DNA of 64,000 nucleotides from Azolla caroliniana (taxonomy: Eukaryota; Plantae; Polypodiophyta): NCBI GenBank assembly GCA_043228905.1, contig JBHGNT010000007.1:17732001-17796000 (forward strand), in the 5' to 3' direction. Numbering within the stretch: position 1 is the stretch's first letter; the number at the start of each line of letters is the position of its first letter. This document shows positions 45,771 through 59,199 of the stretch, one piece after another. Made by a program: the position numbers and the translations under genes. The notes beneath the pieces were generated by a model, which did not search any database, was not told where the DNA came from, and worked only from the letters and a program-made list of their open reading frames with translations.

Positions 45771-48725
45771 TAGTAGACATTCGGTTAAGTGCGCACTTTG
45801 AACGTAAGGAAGAAATGTGCACTTAACCGAGCCGCGCACTTAGGGCTTTTAAGTCAAAAAAAAAATCCCCCAATTTTTTCCCTCAGTTCTCTTTAGCAGA
45901 AAGTGCAGCCCAAGCAGCCATCACAAAGACCCTCTCTTCTTCCATAATCAACCCATTGGTGCTCCTAGTGCTACTCCAATCCACTTTCTTGCTCCTAAAT
46001 TCATATTCCGGTATGTATTTTCTTTCCTGTCTGTTTTTTGTGTCTCTTTCTTTTTTTCTTTTGAATGAATATGAGAGAAGGAAGAGAAGAGAGCTTCTAA
46101 ATTTGTGAACAATTTAGATGGTAATGTGTTAATTATTTAGAAATTATGCACAATTTCTTTAGTTTGATATCCACATACTTTATTGTGGCTGAAATGGCAT
46201 GTGGTTTAGGAGAAATAATCCACATATTTGGCTGAAATAGGGTAAGAAAATATCTATAAGTAGGGTTTTGAATCCACAAAATTTGATTGATGGCTGAAAT
46301 AGAGTAAGAAAAATATCCATAAGTAGACATTTGTTTGGAAAATGTCCATAAGCTATTAATCGATTAATCGATTAATAGCTTTCCCATCATGTTAGTCCAC
46401 ATAATAAGCTATTAATCGATTATTCGATTAATGGCTTATTAGCTTTCTCCTAATAGACCCATGCACAATCTATTTAATGGTAGCATTGGAACATCTAAGT
46501 TCAATTCATGATGCATTTCATAACATTAGTTTTTCTCCAAAGCAAAGCATTAGGTCAAGATTGTATCCACATCCTAACATGTGTGCCTCCTTGATGTATA
46601 ATACTCCAACTTCATTGGAGAAGACCCAATTCATTCGTCTATGAATTTTAAGTTATTTGTGACTTCAATAAGGTTGTATGCATTAAATGTCAAAGAGTTT
46701 AAACCTTTAAAAGGTTTTGTACATCTAAACTTGATTGGTAGGGGACAAAATATTTAGGTGAATTTAGCTAATTAGCATTGCATATTTCAGAGATGAATTT
46801 AACCCATAAGCGAGGTGTTGGACTTCGTTTGAATGATGAACAAAGACTACAAATTTTAGATTTAGTGGAACAACCATCATCTCCTTCTCTTCGTAACATA
46901 GGTAGACAATTTGGTGTAAGTGAATCCGCTATTAGAAGTTTGATCAAGAAGAAAGATGAGATACGATTGCGTGCTCAACAAAAAGATCACAATGCAAGAA
47001 AAAAAACTTTTAGAGGATCAAAAGGAAAACATCCTGAATTAGAGGAACGCTTGTGTGGATTGATGCCTCTCGTCGATTGTCAATTGTATTGCCTCCATCC
47101 GTTATTATGGAGAAGGCTCGGCGATTGGCATCAGAAATGAATATTTCAGATGATGACTTCGAAGCAAATTGGGGCTGGTTTAGGAAGTTTCGTCATCATC
47201 AATGTTTGAATACTATTAATTTATATGGTGAAGGAGGGGCAGTTGATAGAAATGACCCTGAATTGTTGGCTTCTTTGGAAAGGCTTTATGGTATAGTCAA
47301 TGAGTATGATCTTAACAATGTTTACAATATGGATGAAACTGGTTTGTTTTTTCGATTAGCTCCACGATACACAGTGCTTTTGCCTAGTGAAGATCCGACA
47401 ACAATTCGAGGTAAGAAAAAATTGTTAGATAGAGTTACCTTAGTTGTTTGTTGTAATGCAACTGGACCTGAAAAAGTTCCAATTACTATGATTGGAAAAG
47501 CTAAGGAACCAGCTTGTATTGTTGGAAATTCATGGCCATTGCCTTATGTAGCGCAAAGAAATGCTTGGATTGATATCCCTTGCTTTAATAAGTGGTTTGA
47601 TCAAGTGTTTGTGCCATTTGTTCGTTCTCGAACTAATCGGAAAGTGCTTTTAATCCTTGATAATGCACCTGATCATGCCGAAGCATTTGAGCGTGATGCT
47701 ATCAAAGTGATTTTTTTCCCGGCAAATGTCACATCTTGGAAGCAGCCGATGGATATGGGAATCATTGCAGCTTTGAAAAAGAGGTATAAATATCATTTGA
47801 TAAGAGAAATCTTGGCATATCATGATAGTCCAGATTGTGTTAAGGTTCGTTTGGAAGATGTCGCTAAACGTATGAGAAGAGGCTCTATTGGTTTAAGCTT
47901 TTGGAAAGTCGCCACATTTGCTAGATGCCGCGAATCTCATTGTTACTGCTTGGAATGAGATCAAGCAAGAGATCATTTTTAATTGCTATAGAAAGGCAGA
48001 TATTGTTCCATCATTTCATGCTAATGATGTTGATTCAGAAGACGGTGAAATGGAAGATCAATGCATTGATGATCTTGTTGCTTTGCTATGTAATTGCAAT
48101 TTGCTTGAAAATGCTTGAAAATTCGAGATGAGATCATGGAATGTGTAAATGCATATTCAAACGAATCAGAAAAACTTAATCAAAATCTCCTTGAAGAGAT
48201 TGATGAAGTTATAGCACAAGCTTCTAATGCCAATGAACCACTTGCATTTGATGAAAACAATTCAGATTCTGAGTTTGTTGAGATTCAAGACATGCATGGA
48301 GGCTTAAAGGAAGAAGATGTGATTATTCCTAAACTCTTGAAAGATATTGTTGATTGTGAACTCAAGCTAAATTCAATCACAACAACTTACTAGAGTGCCG
48401 AAAAAGCAAAGCAAGTACAATCAGCTTTATCAAGTGCTCGTCGAATCATTCAAGAAACAAATTCTGCCATTGTTTCTAAGCGTATCGCTAAAAGTAGGCA
48501 AATGACCTTACGTGATTTTGGTATGAAGTAGAGAAAGACTGAAAATCATATTTTTGTTGATCATTTTGTTGTTTTCTAAATGTTTGGAACAATTTTCTAT
48601 TTGGTCTGATGTAATTTCATCCTGAAATAATGGAATTTTTTTGATTTGGATTTTGACCTCTAAAAAAAGTGCACTTAATAGAATGGTTAACTTAAGTGGA
48701 CACGCACTTAACCGAATGTCTACTG
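45771..48725 (+). mobile_element. pogo/Tigger-type (Tc1/mariner superfamily) DNA transposon with both ends
   Basis: 23-bp TIRs (C/T)AGTAGACATTCGGTTAAGTGCG and a TA target duplication. The empty site is visible in the 3' LTR of C. Confidence 0.95.
46793..48510 (+). pseudogene. pogo transposase (CENP-B-type HTHs + DDE_1, DD30D), frameshifted
   Basis: LRNIGRQFGVSESAI, GWFRKFR, YNMDETGLFF, LILDNAP, QPMDMGII. 30 residues separate the second and third Asp. Confidence 0.93.
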
Positions 48726-49199
48726 TATAGTAAAAGCGTAAGAAACGCATGTAACGGTTCACGCGGGAAGCGTGAACGTCTAAAAGACCCTGTGTATATA
48801 AAGGGCAGAAATCCTCTCTAAGAGGTAGCATGTAATTTTGGTGTACAGAGCACTTTTGTAATAGAATAGTATCTTCTCTGAGTTCTGTGCATATCTATGG
48901 TTTTTTTTATCTACTGTGTTCTTTGTTCTCTATTGCGTGTTGTTAATCGTAAGGGTGTAAGCATAAGTGCGGATACTAGTGCACTTCCCAAGGAGTTCGG
49001 TTGTAGCCATCTCCCTTATACACTGTTAGGATACGAGGAGTATCCCATTACGTATTACGGTGCAACGGTACCATTCCTTGCAACATAGTCACCTTGAAGT
49101 CTACGTCGAAGGACTGACCATAGACAGTGTTCCTAATCGGTAACACGTTTGGCACGCTTGGTGATTTGTGTCTTCTCGCAGACGAACAACGACGAATGG

Positions 49200-52100
49200 A
49201 TGTTTAGCGTAGACGACCCAGAGAACCGACACGACAAGACTAACCAATCACAAGGTCCATCACACGCTAGGCGGAGGAACGTGCAAGGCAAAAACCTCGC
49301 CTCAGTGATATCGGTCGGGACCACAAAGTCAACTTCCCACTCACCAAACACCGCGGCGACACGCAGGAAGTCCCATCACCACACAACTACTGTGGTCTTC
49401 CCCTGCCCGCCATAACGTCCAGCATGGCCTTCTCCTATCCCCGTTTCAACGGCGAAACAGACGCCGCAACCCACATTCGCCTATTCCTGAATGTTTGGAA
49501 TGTGAATCACATGGCGTAGAGACTTCCAGAGGAGGTAGCACACCAGTCCAAAATGACAGAGTTTGGATTAACTCTAGATGGTAGAGCTGCGTTTTGGCAT
49601 TCGCAGATGGATCTGCCAGCCATTACGACCTTCGACCAGCTGCAATCGGCCTTTCTACGTTTCTTTCATCGGAGGGTGCAGCAACGCGAAATCCTCGGGC
49701 AGTTCTATACAAGCAAACAATTGCCAACCGAGATTGTCGCCGACATTAGTTTACGCTTCCAAAATTTGCGGCGGAAATTAGAACGGGGCTTGACAGAGGA
49801 CTAGGCTCGAGAGACAATCCTAGCAGCGTTACGGCAACCGATACAGACAACGCTCAACAACAATAGCGTGAAAGGAGAAATAGTTGATATGGTCATAGAG
49901 CGAGCGTTACAACTCGAGCTGGACGAAGAAGAGGAAAGGTTTTCCATGTCCTCATTACGACAAGTGTTACCTCAAGACGAAGAACGACATTTTCGCCAAG
50001 CAATGCAGTGCACGATTTGCCTCAATTCTGGGCATTCCGCGGAGGAATGCAACATGCGAATCCACTGCCCCAATCTGTCACTCGAAAGCACACACGATCG
50101 AGCAGTGTGAGTACAGTATGTTGAACAGACCAACGCCCACAGTACGAAGCATAGAAACACAACGACCACCTCACCGTAATGATCAAAGGCGCCAAGAAGA
50201 ACAACCTCAATATACGGATTGGAATCCACGCGATGACTGGCACTACCCGAATCACCGGAATAACAACGATTCCAAGGAAGAAGAGCCGGAGGACGAAGAC
50301 TACCGGGGCAACCGTAGATATAATAAAGGAGGATGTCGTTAAGAAAACTACCATTCGGCGAACAAAAGTGGTGGCTTCAATGGGCCTCGCGAGAAACATA
50401 AACAGTATAGGGACCAACGGTGTTACGACGAAAGTTCGGAAGATGACCGGCACCAAGAGCCGCGTCGAGACCAACAACAACCACTGTGGAAATTCAAAAG
50501 AATAAACCAAGACCAGGAGGAGTAGGCCACACCTGGGGAAAAGAACACACCATCGACTGCCGAGAAAGGCGAATCCAGCATCCATTGTTTCGTTTGCCAA
50601 CAACCCGGACATTATGCCACTCAATGTCCACTATGGAAGGGCAAGGGCCCCGCCATTAATACAATTATGCCGGAAGTTTATCCAGTTACAACAAGGCAAC
50701 AAACGAAAAATGTTGATTGGGCCACGCAAGATGAGATATGTAAGATGGCCCAAGCATGGGTCAAAAAAGCGAACGCGGCCAATACGAAGCGCATGCGGCA
50801 GGAATCCGCAAACAATGTGGGGCCATTGGAGGAAGACATAATATCCTCGGACCCCATATGGCAGGCACTGGTAGGCTGCAAAATAACACTAACCATGGAG
50901 AAACTACTTCAATTAGTTACACGGTTCCGTCAAGCCGTAGAGGATCGCATAACGGGCAGACCTGGGGTCGATGTCTCCACCAATTTTACGGACACCTGCA
51001 ACGGACCAACAGTGGTGGATCACCACAATCTAGCTATTACGTTGGTATTACGCAATAAAGAAATCACAGGATGCCTAATTGACGGGGAGTTTGGCGTCAA
51101 CATAATTAACGCAAAGACATGCGAACAATTGGGAATTTCAGAATGGGAAGCTTGCCTGTTTTGGCTTCGCATGGCGGATACCCGCTCAGTTCGGCCTTTA
51201 GGCTTAATTCCGAAAATTAGGCATCATCATTGGCAGACATCGCTTCAACATCTCGGCGGTAGTCCTCGCCCTCGATGCTCTAGGAGCATATCCAATGTTG
51301 TTTGGCAGACCTTGGCTTCATTCGGTGAATATCAAACAAAGTTGGCAACATAAGTGCATCAGTTTTCGCCGAGGACGCACCAAGGTTCGCGTACCCACAG
51401 AAGAAAGGGCGACACAACCCAAGGAGATAACACCATTATATGTGGAAGATATAAATATGTTGGATGGGGTGGAGGATACAGAGTTGGAAGCATACCTGGA
51501 TGAGCACCCCCGAATCATCCCACTATTCAAAATCAACGTATTAGAAACCGCAACGGAGTACGCTATGCCTACTTTACTTCACAACGAGGCTTATGAACCA
51601 GACCTAGAGTCAATCATGGAATTAAGTAGAGCACGGGAGGCGTTCGAGAAGGAAATGGAAATTTCACGATGAGTCACTACCTCAACCCTAGAAGAAATTA
51701 ACGTAGGCACAACATCTCACCCCCGACTCCTCCATCGCAAAAGAGTTACTACCGGATCAAAGAGAGGTAATGATAGCAGTGCTCAGGAAGTATTAAGATG
51801 TGTTTGCTTGGTCCAACAAGGAGATGAGGGGATTAGATCCGAAGTTCTATCAACATAAGATGAATTTAGCGTCCGATGCGAAACCACTCCAACAGCGTCG
51901 ATACTGCATCAATCCAAATTACACGTCGATACTGCATGAATCCAAATTACGCAGCTCACGTAAAAGAGGAAATTGACAAACTTCTCAAGGCCGGATTCAT
52001 TAGACCAGTCAAGCAAGCTACATTGCTAAGCCCGATAGTAGTCGTACCAAAGAAAAATGGGAAAATACATGTGTGTGTGGTCTACCGGAAATTGAACACC

Positions 52101-54570
52101 GTAACCATTACATATGCATTCCTGTTACCTTTCACCGACAGCGTACTGGATGTCGTCGCCAGGCATGACATGTACAGCTTTCTAGATGGCTTCAGTGGGT
52201 ACAATCAAGTATGCATGCACCCTGACGACCAAGAGAAAATGGCGTTTGTCACTGACTGGGAAGTATATGTCCCGGTCGTCATGATGTTCGGGCTAAAGAA
52301 GGCACTGGCTACATTTCAATGGACAATCACGGAGATGTTTGGGGAATATATACCCGCCTCCATGCAGGTCTTTTTAGACGATTTTGCGGTGTATGGGACA
52401 ACAGCCGAACATTTTACGCATCTATAGCTTTGCCTGGAGCGTTGCCGCACTTCACGCTTAAGCTTGAATCCCGCCAAATGTGCCTTCGGCATCACCAGTG
52501 GCGCTCTCCCCGGCCACATAGTCAGTAAAGAGGGGATAGTGGTAGATCCAAACAAAATCTCCGTGATTACTCATGCAAAGATGCCGACAAATGCCAAAGC
52601 ACTCAGCCGGTTTCTAGGACAAATACGATGGCACAGTCGGATGATACACTATTTGGCGGATTTCGCCACACCATTGCATGTCATCGTCCACCGTACTCCT
52701 TTCAAATGGATAGCAACAGAAGAAAACGCTAAAAATAATGCTAACACAGGCACCGGTCGTACAACCACCAGATTGGGCGATGCACCATTTCACGTTTTTG
52801 TGGATGCCTCGGATATAGCAATAGGTAGTGCGCCGATGCAGCTCACGGAGCCAAATTGGTACCGACCAGTATACTACACCAGTCGGAAACTTTCAACGGC
52901 TGAGCGTAACTATTCCACAATGGAACGTGAAGTGTTGGGTATGATATACAACATCAATAAATTCCAGCATTATATGCTAGGACGAAGATTCACGTTTCAC
53001 GTGGATCATACAACATTGCTATATCTAGTGGAGAAACATGCACTGACAGGGAAATTGGCTAGATGGATGTTGTTGCTCCAAGAATTCGACTTTGGCATCC
53101 AACACAGACCAGGTGCGCAACATGCGGTGGCGGATTTCTTAAGCAGATTAGATAATGGAGAAATGGCGAAAAAGGATGACGACGACTTTCTGGATGCAGA
53201 CATTCTGCGAGTAGCAACCTTAGCAACAAGAACAGAAAAGACTTTTTCGGATCGGTGGTGGATGGAAATGACCTACTTTCTTACCACAGGGTTACCTCCA
53301 CCACAATTAAGGACGGACGAGAAAAAATGACTGGTCGTCTACAGTCGTAATTTTTGTTTAGTCGAAGATGCTCTCTATCACAAAGGCAATGACAGTATCT
53401 GGAGGCGAGGAATACGGCAGGATGAGAAGGCAACGGCCTTACACGAAGCTCAGTGTGGTATGGCGGGAGGACATTATGCAGGCTATGTTACGGCCCGGAA
53501 AATTTGGCAAGTAGGAATTTGGTGGCCGACTACGCAAAAGGATGCAAATGAATATTGCAAATAGTGTGATTTATGCCAACGGATGGGCCAGCCCACGGAA
53601 GTCGCGAGAATGCCACATCAACTGGTGTTGCCATTGGATCCTTTCCAAAAGTGGGGGCTCGATTTTGTGGGACCCTTTACCTCGGCGGCTGCCCAAACCA
53701 GCAATAAGTATATCCTGGTGGCTACGGATTACTCCACCAAGTGGGTAGAAGCAAAACCACTACGCAAAAATACCGCAGCAGTCATGGCGAAATTCCTTTA
53801 CAAACATATCTAGTGTCGTTTTGGCTGCCCTATTGAGCTCATCAGTGACCAAGGGAGTCACTTTCTGAATATAGTCATTAGCGAACTGACCCAACACTAC
53901 ATCGTGGTCCATAAAAGGAGTACGTCGTATTACCCACAGGCAAATGGCTTGGCCGAATCCACAAACAAAACATTACAAACTATCCTCAAAAAGATAGTCA
54001 ATGAGAATAGAACAAATTGGGATACCAAATTGCACATCGCATTATGGGCATATCGAACCAGCTATAAGACCAGCATACAATCCATGCCTTTCAGGCTAGC
54101 ATTTGGGATGGATGTTGTAATGCCAATCGAATTCCAGGTACCCAATCTGTGGATTCAAGTACAAGACCAGCTACTAGAGGACAAATCTAAACGAATACGG
54201 CTACATCAACTGTTAAAACTAGGCAAAACACAGTTACACAGTATGGCCATATTGGAATAGGAACGGCGGTGGCGCAAAGAATTCGTGGGCCGACATCGGC
54301 ATGCACGTGAAAAGGATTTTACGGTCGGGAAAGCGGTATTAGTTTTTCAAACACGCATGGGGCAAATGCCAGGAAAATCAAGATTCCACTGGACAAGCCC
54401 GTACTAGATAATTGGAGCAAAAAATGATACGTTTCAACTTGGCACCTTGGCCGGAGAAGTGCTACGACAAAAGGTGAATGGGTTTCGCCTAAAACCTTAC
54501 CTGGGACCTACGCCACCTAACCCATTCCCCGCTAGATAGGACAAAGCCAGAAGATCCGCGGAGTAATTAT
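49200..54570 (+). pseudogene. gag-pol: gag-pol of C (fragmented)
   Basis: Gag, knuckle, IDGEFGVNII, FLDD, VDASDIAIG, WGLDFVGP and NGLAES fragments appear in order. Confidence 0.93.
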
Positions 54571-54868
54571 AGAGACCTACTTGTACTATAGTGTAAACAT
54601 AATATTGTATATAACTGTTACAGAGAAAAAAAAAAAAGAAAAAAAAGAAACAAAAGATTGCGACACCACGATGGCTCACAGACCAATGAACCCTAGGCCA
54701 CAAAAAGAAGAAAATAGAAGGTTTTCTGCATAGTACAGAAACCAATCGTCTAACCCTCATCGCTCTCATTGCTCTCCTCACTCACCTTCCTCTCCATCAT
54801 ACCACAGAGCTCACGTTCGCCATAGCCAGCATACCTCACCCTCTACCCACGAGTCTCACCCACCTACT

Positions 54869-57800
54869 ATGTCGATCCCTATTTCTGTTGCCTTGCATAG
54901 GTGGCTCGTTGAAAAGCGCCTGGATGGATACATCAAAGTCGACGAGGCACCCGCTCACCCTGAAGCCCTAGACATTGCTAGGAAACTCAATATAGACACG
55001 GTCACCAACACATCCATCCGGAAGAAGCTTGACCTGTCATCACTTGGAGAAAGAGATTTCAACATACCTCCTACGGAAACCTTGCAAAGATATTTCGGGG
55101 CATATTCGGCGTCCGCTAAGGCATACAAGACGAAGGAAATCCCCGACCCCTTCTTTCGCGAGATAGCCAAGTTCTTGTTGGAGGTCAGATGCGTGCATGT
55201 AAATGCTTATGGGATGCCAAAGCAGAAGGCAGGCATCATCATTGATACCTTCGAAGGGCGCACGGTCGATTGGGGGGTCATTACAGGACCAGCATTACGG
55301 GAAGGCATGCACGCGTATCAAGGCGGCAAAAAGCTAAGGCCAATCATACAACAGTATCTGACGATACTATTCCCACCCCAAGGTCTTTCCGCACCATAGC
55401 CTAGCAAACCCACACCGCCGCAACGTTCCGCGAAACAGAGGTTAGTGGAGTTGGCCACCACGGAATGGGAGGATGAACCCCAACTGGCCCAGACAAGCAC
55501 GCGGACAACACAAGAAGAATGGCCGGAGCGTAGAGAGGAAGCTCCGCAAGAGCAGGAAGCCAAGTAATGCCAAGAAAGCCCGAGGCCGAAACGGCGGAAG
55601 CTGGACAGGAATGATGGGCGCAGATTAGTTAAAGACACACTCGTAGCCACAAAGACGGCCGCTCTAGTCGACAGTTCCATAGCTACGGAGCCCAACACCA
55701 CTTTCGAAATAATCCGGGAACCATGGCCGATCATTACGGCCTAGTCATAGCGGGGGAAAGGCGTATTTATAGCAGAAAGCGAGGTCCTGAAGTATCCAGA
55801 CATTTCGGACATAGCCCATGAGTTCGGCGCACTATTACAGTTCGGAACTACGCACTATTACAGTTCGGAACTACTTACGAACTCATGGAATTTTTGGCGA
55901 CGCAACAAATAAAAGTCTCACAATGAATGGCCAAGGAGCACGCGGAACAACAAATGATTGAGTGCACGCTAACACAAACGGCGGAAAGCGATGATGAGGG
56001 ATCGCTAGCCAGAGTAGGCAGACAGCGTGACGAGAACTGCAATGTTCCTTATGCGCAACGCTCGGCCACAACCGAGCTTAGAATGATACACAGAAAACAG
56101 GAAAACGAAAAACACGCGACACAAAGGAGAGAAAAGGTACACAGGAGGTTTACGTGGAAAACCCCCAAACTAGGGGAAAAACCACGGCAGCCCACAGGCT
56201 GCAAACTATCACTATGATGAAATGTACAACACTGAGTTCATTGAGGCACCGACCTCGTGCTCACAGATCTTCGCCACAGGCGGCGGTTACAACAGAGACA
56301 ACGACCTCTTTCTCTCTCTCTCTCTCTCTGTACAGTTACGCACACTCTCTATTCTTCTTGCACCAACAAGAAAAAATGACAACCAACTATAAGTTTGCCC
56401 TAAGTCATATTTATACTAATATGACTTTTCGGCTATTTACAAATATAGTCTCGATGGACTCTCAGAAACATATTTACGAATATGTCTGTTCATCCGGTTC
56501 TCACCGGGTCTGTACCATCCGGCTCTCCGTAGCCGGGTACTCCTCATCCGGTTCATACCGGGTCTACACCATCCGGCTCTCCGTAGCTGGGTACTCCTCA
56601 TCCAGTTCATACCGGGTCTGCACCATCTAGAGGGACCTGTCTCCCAACACAGCGGAATGTCAATATACGCCGAATGGGAATTGAATTACCCCCATTAAAC
56701 GCGAACCTCGTCGAGGTTCATAGGGAATTGGCTAAGGTCAGTATTGGCGCCAAAGATATGGCGATTAAAAACAAAAATGTCTGGAAAACGGTTAAACAGA
56801 CCCAAGCTGGGCTACAAAAGGCCAACGAACGCATCGCGGAACAGGAATCTCGACCAACAGACAACACCACCGAGGCCCAATCCCTAAGAGAAGAGGATGA
56901 AGCCGAGACCGCCATCGCCTCAAAAGCAAAGAGGGTCGTGCAGTTGGCGGAATCCGAGATTGATCGCCTCTGCTCCAAACTCCACCAATCCTCCGACAGA
57001 GAAAAGGACATCCGGGCCAAAGGCCATCGAAGAGAAACTCAAAGCGGAGGCAGCAACGCACACCCGTATGAAAGAAGGAAACACCAAACTACGAGAGGAA
57101 GCGCAAAAATCGGAAACGACGATCATAGGACTCGGGGCATTATTGGAAAAGAAGAAAGCGTGGTACGATGAGCAACTCGTATGGGAATAGGAGGTGAGGC
57201 ATCAGGTCGAAATCCACCTAAACAATGAAATGGGAAAGCTGGAGGAATTACACTCGAAGGAATCTCAATTATGGGCAGGAATGAAAAGCAATTATGAGGA
57301 AGCGGTTGCGGTCAGTAAGCAAGAAATCGAAAACCTCAAGAAAACCCTGGAAGAAGCGCGTAACTGCTGCCAAGTAATAACCGACAACGTGTGCATACTT
57401 CTTCAAACAAATCGGGAGAGGTTTACGGCGCAATTACAAGCGGCGCTAGACAAAGGCTGGATGGCGTGGGCTGCACAAGCGACGGAGTTGCATACTTACA
57501 GGGCAGATTGGGAGAACTGAAGGAAAGACGGCCAAGGTTTCTACAAACTCAATGAGGAATGCATTGCGGCAATACGCGAGGACCTAGCACAGGATTATCG
57601 CACGCTAGCAGACCAACACTCTGAGGAATTCACGCAGCTACTGGACGATTTCAGTGAAAGTCAGGAGGATATGTTTCACCAAATCATGCAAGCCAGCAGC
57701 ACGCAACCAAGCGCGGAACCCATCGCAATACCAGTAAGTGATACTGCCGAACAAGAGGAACCTCAACCCACGTCACCGGAAATAACAACTACGATAGGCA

Positions 57801-58158
57801 GCACGGGACAACGAGCGGAGCCCATCGCGATACCAGAAAGTGAGATCACCGAACAGGAGGAACCTCAACTCCATTCACCGGAGCGGACGACTACAGCCAG
57901 AACACGAAGGAAGTTATGGACAGGACAAAGCCTCAACCTACCGAGAACCCGCAGACGGATGAGCCAGCCACAGTAGAACGGGATGAGCCAGCAGAGCCCA
58001 GACCGCCCACACAGGGAGACGTTGACACCATGGAAAGCCCCACCGAGCAAGTACAAGACATGGAACTGCGCAACAACGCGCCTACGGACACTATGTCGTC
58101 CCCAGACCAAGACATCGGGGCGGAACCAAACATCCGAGCCATTTTGGAGGAAGAATAA
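54869..58158 (+). pseudogene. Extra 3' ORF of C, split by a solo LTR
   Basis: MSIPISVALHRWLVEKRLDGYI...EPNIRAILEEE, homologous to the A, E and G ORFs. Confidence 0.88.
56028..56649 (-). mobile_element. Solo LTR (Copia Z-like family)
   Basis: TG...CA termini, perfect TSD CAGCG (56023-56027, 56650-56654), internal ~59-bp repeats. Confidence 0.92.
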
Positions 58159-58162
58159 AGGG

Positions 58163-58203
58163 GTGGGTCCGACGTGCCATGGCACTGTCCCACAGGCGTG
58201 CCA
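58163..58203 (+). promoter_or_regulatory. tRNA-Arg 3'-end copy occupying the PPT position of C
   Basis: GTGGGTCCGA-cgtgccatggcact-GTCCCACAGGCGTGCCA-gg-LTR. Confidence 0.8.
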
Positions 58204-58205
58204 GG

Positions 58206-58676
58206 TGTTGTTCGCCGGAATGGTAATCGACGGACAGAAGCGCAGAAATATTATAATATAGTAAAAGCGTAAGAAACGCATGTAACGGTTTACGCGGGAA
58301 GCGTGAATGGCTAAAAGACGTTGTGTATATAAAGGGCAGAAATCCTCTGTAAGAGGTAGTGTGTAATTTTGGTGCACAGAGCGCTTTCGTAATAGAATGC
58401 TATCTTCTCTGAATTCTGTGCATATCTATGGTTTTTTTTATCTACTGTGTTCTTTGTTCTCTATTGCGTACTGTTAATCGTAAGGGTGTAGGCGTAAGTG
58501 CGGATACTAGTGCACTTCCCAAGGAGTTCGGTTGTAGCTGTCTCCCTTATACATTGCTAGGATACGAGGAGTATCCCATTACGTATTACGGTGCGACGGT
58601 ACCATTCCTTGCAACATAGTCACCTTGAAGTCTACGTCGAAGGACTGACCGTAGACAATGTTCCTAATCAGTAACA
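58206..58676 (+). repeat. 3' LTR of C
   Basis: Matches the rejoined 5' LTR. TGTTG...GTAACA termini. Confidence 0.93.
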
Positions 58677-59199
58677 AGCCCACAGACTCCAATAATCACT
58701 ATCTAAGAGAGGTACAACAAAGAAGTTCTCAGAGGCAACAACCTCGAGCCATGTGACTTCGCCAACAGGCAGTTACAGTAGTATATACCTTATGTTCTCG
58801 CTTCGTCTCTCTGTACAACTAACAACAACACATACAATGATAACTACTACACATAATGATTGCCCTAAGTTATATTTATACTTATATAACTGTTAGGATT
58901 ATTTAACAATTATAGCCTCAACGACACATAGAAATATATTTACAAGTATGTACCTTCTTATACTTCACACCGGATCCATCCGGTCCGCCTTCCGAATATC
59001 CTTCCGGATCCATCCAATACGGCTTCCTTTTCCAATTCATCCGATTAGGCTCGTTCCTCCGGCCCGACCAGTCTGGCTTGCCCGATTCCCATCTAGAGAG
59101 ACTGTTATCTCAACAATCTTCCCCCTCACTTCAGCATGGGGCCTTTGTTAACCCGATCTGTCTCCGGCACACGTCCAACTTGTCGACTGATAGCACCTT

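Larger units (their letters stand above)
45715..58676 (+). mobile_element. Ty3/Gypsy element C (same family as A), full length, degraded
   Basis: 5' LTR at 45715-45770 + 48728-49145, 3' LTR at 58206-58676, TSD AGCCA/AGCCC, PBS TGGCACGC at 49150. Confidence 0.93.

Noticed and set aside
51896-51950. 28-bp tandem duplication in the RT of C (and a 23-bp one near 55840-55875) as programmed frameshift signals
   Set aside because: Absent from A, E and G. They are copy-specific slippage lesions.
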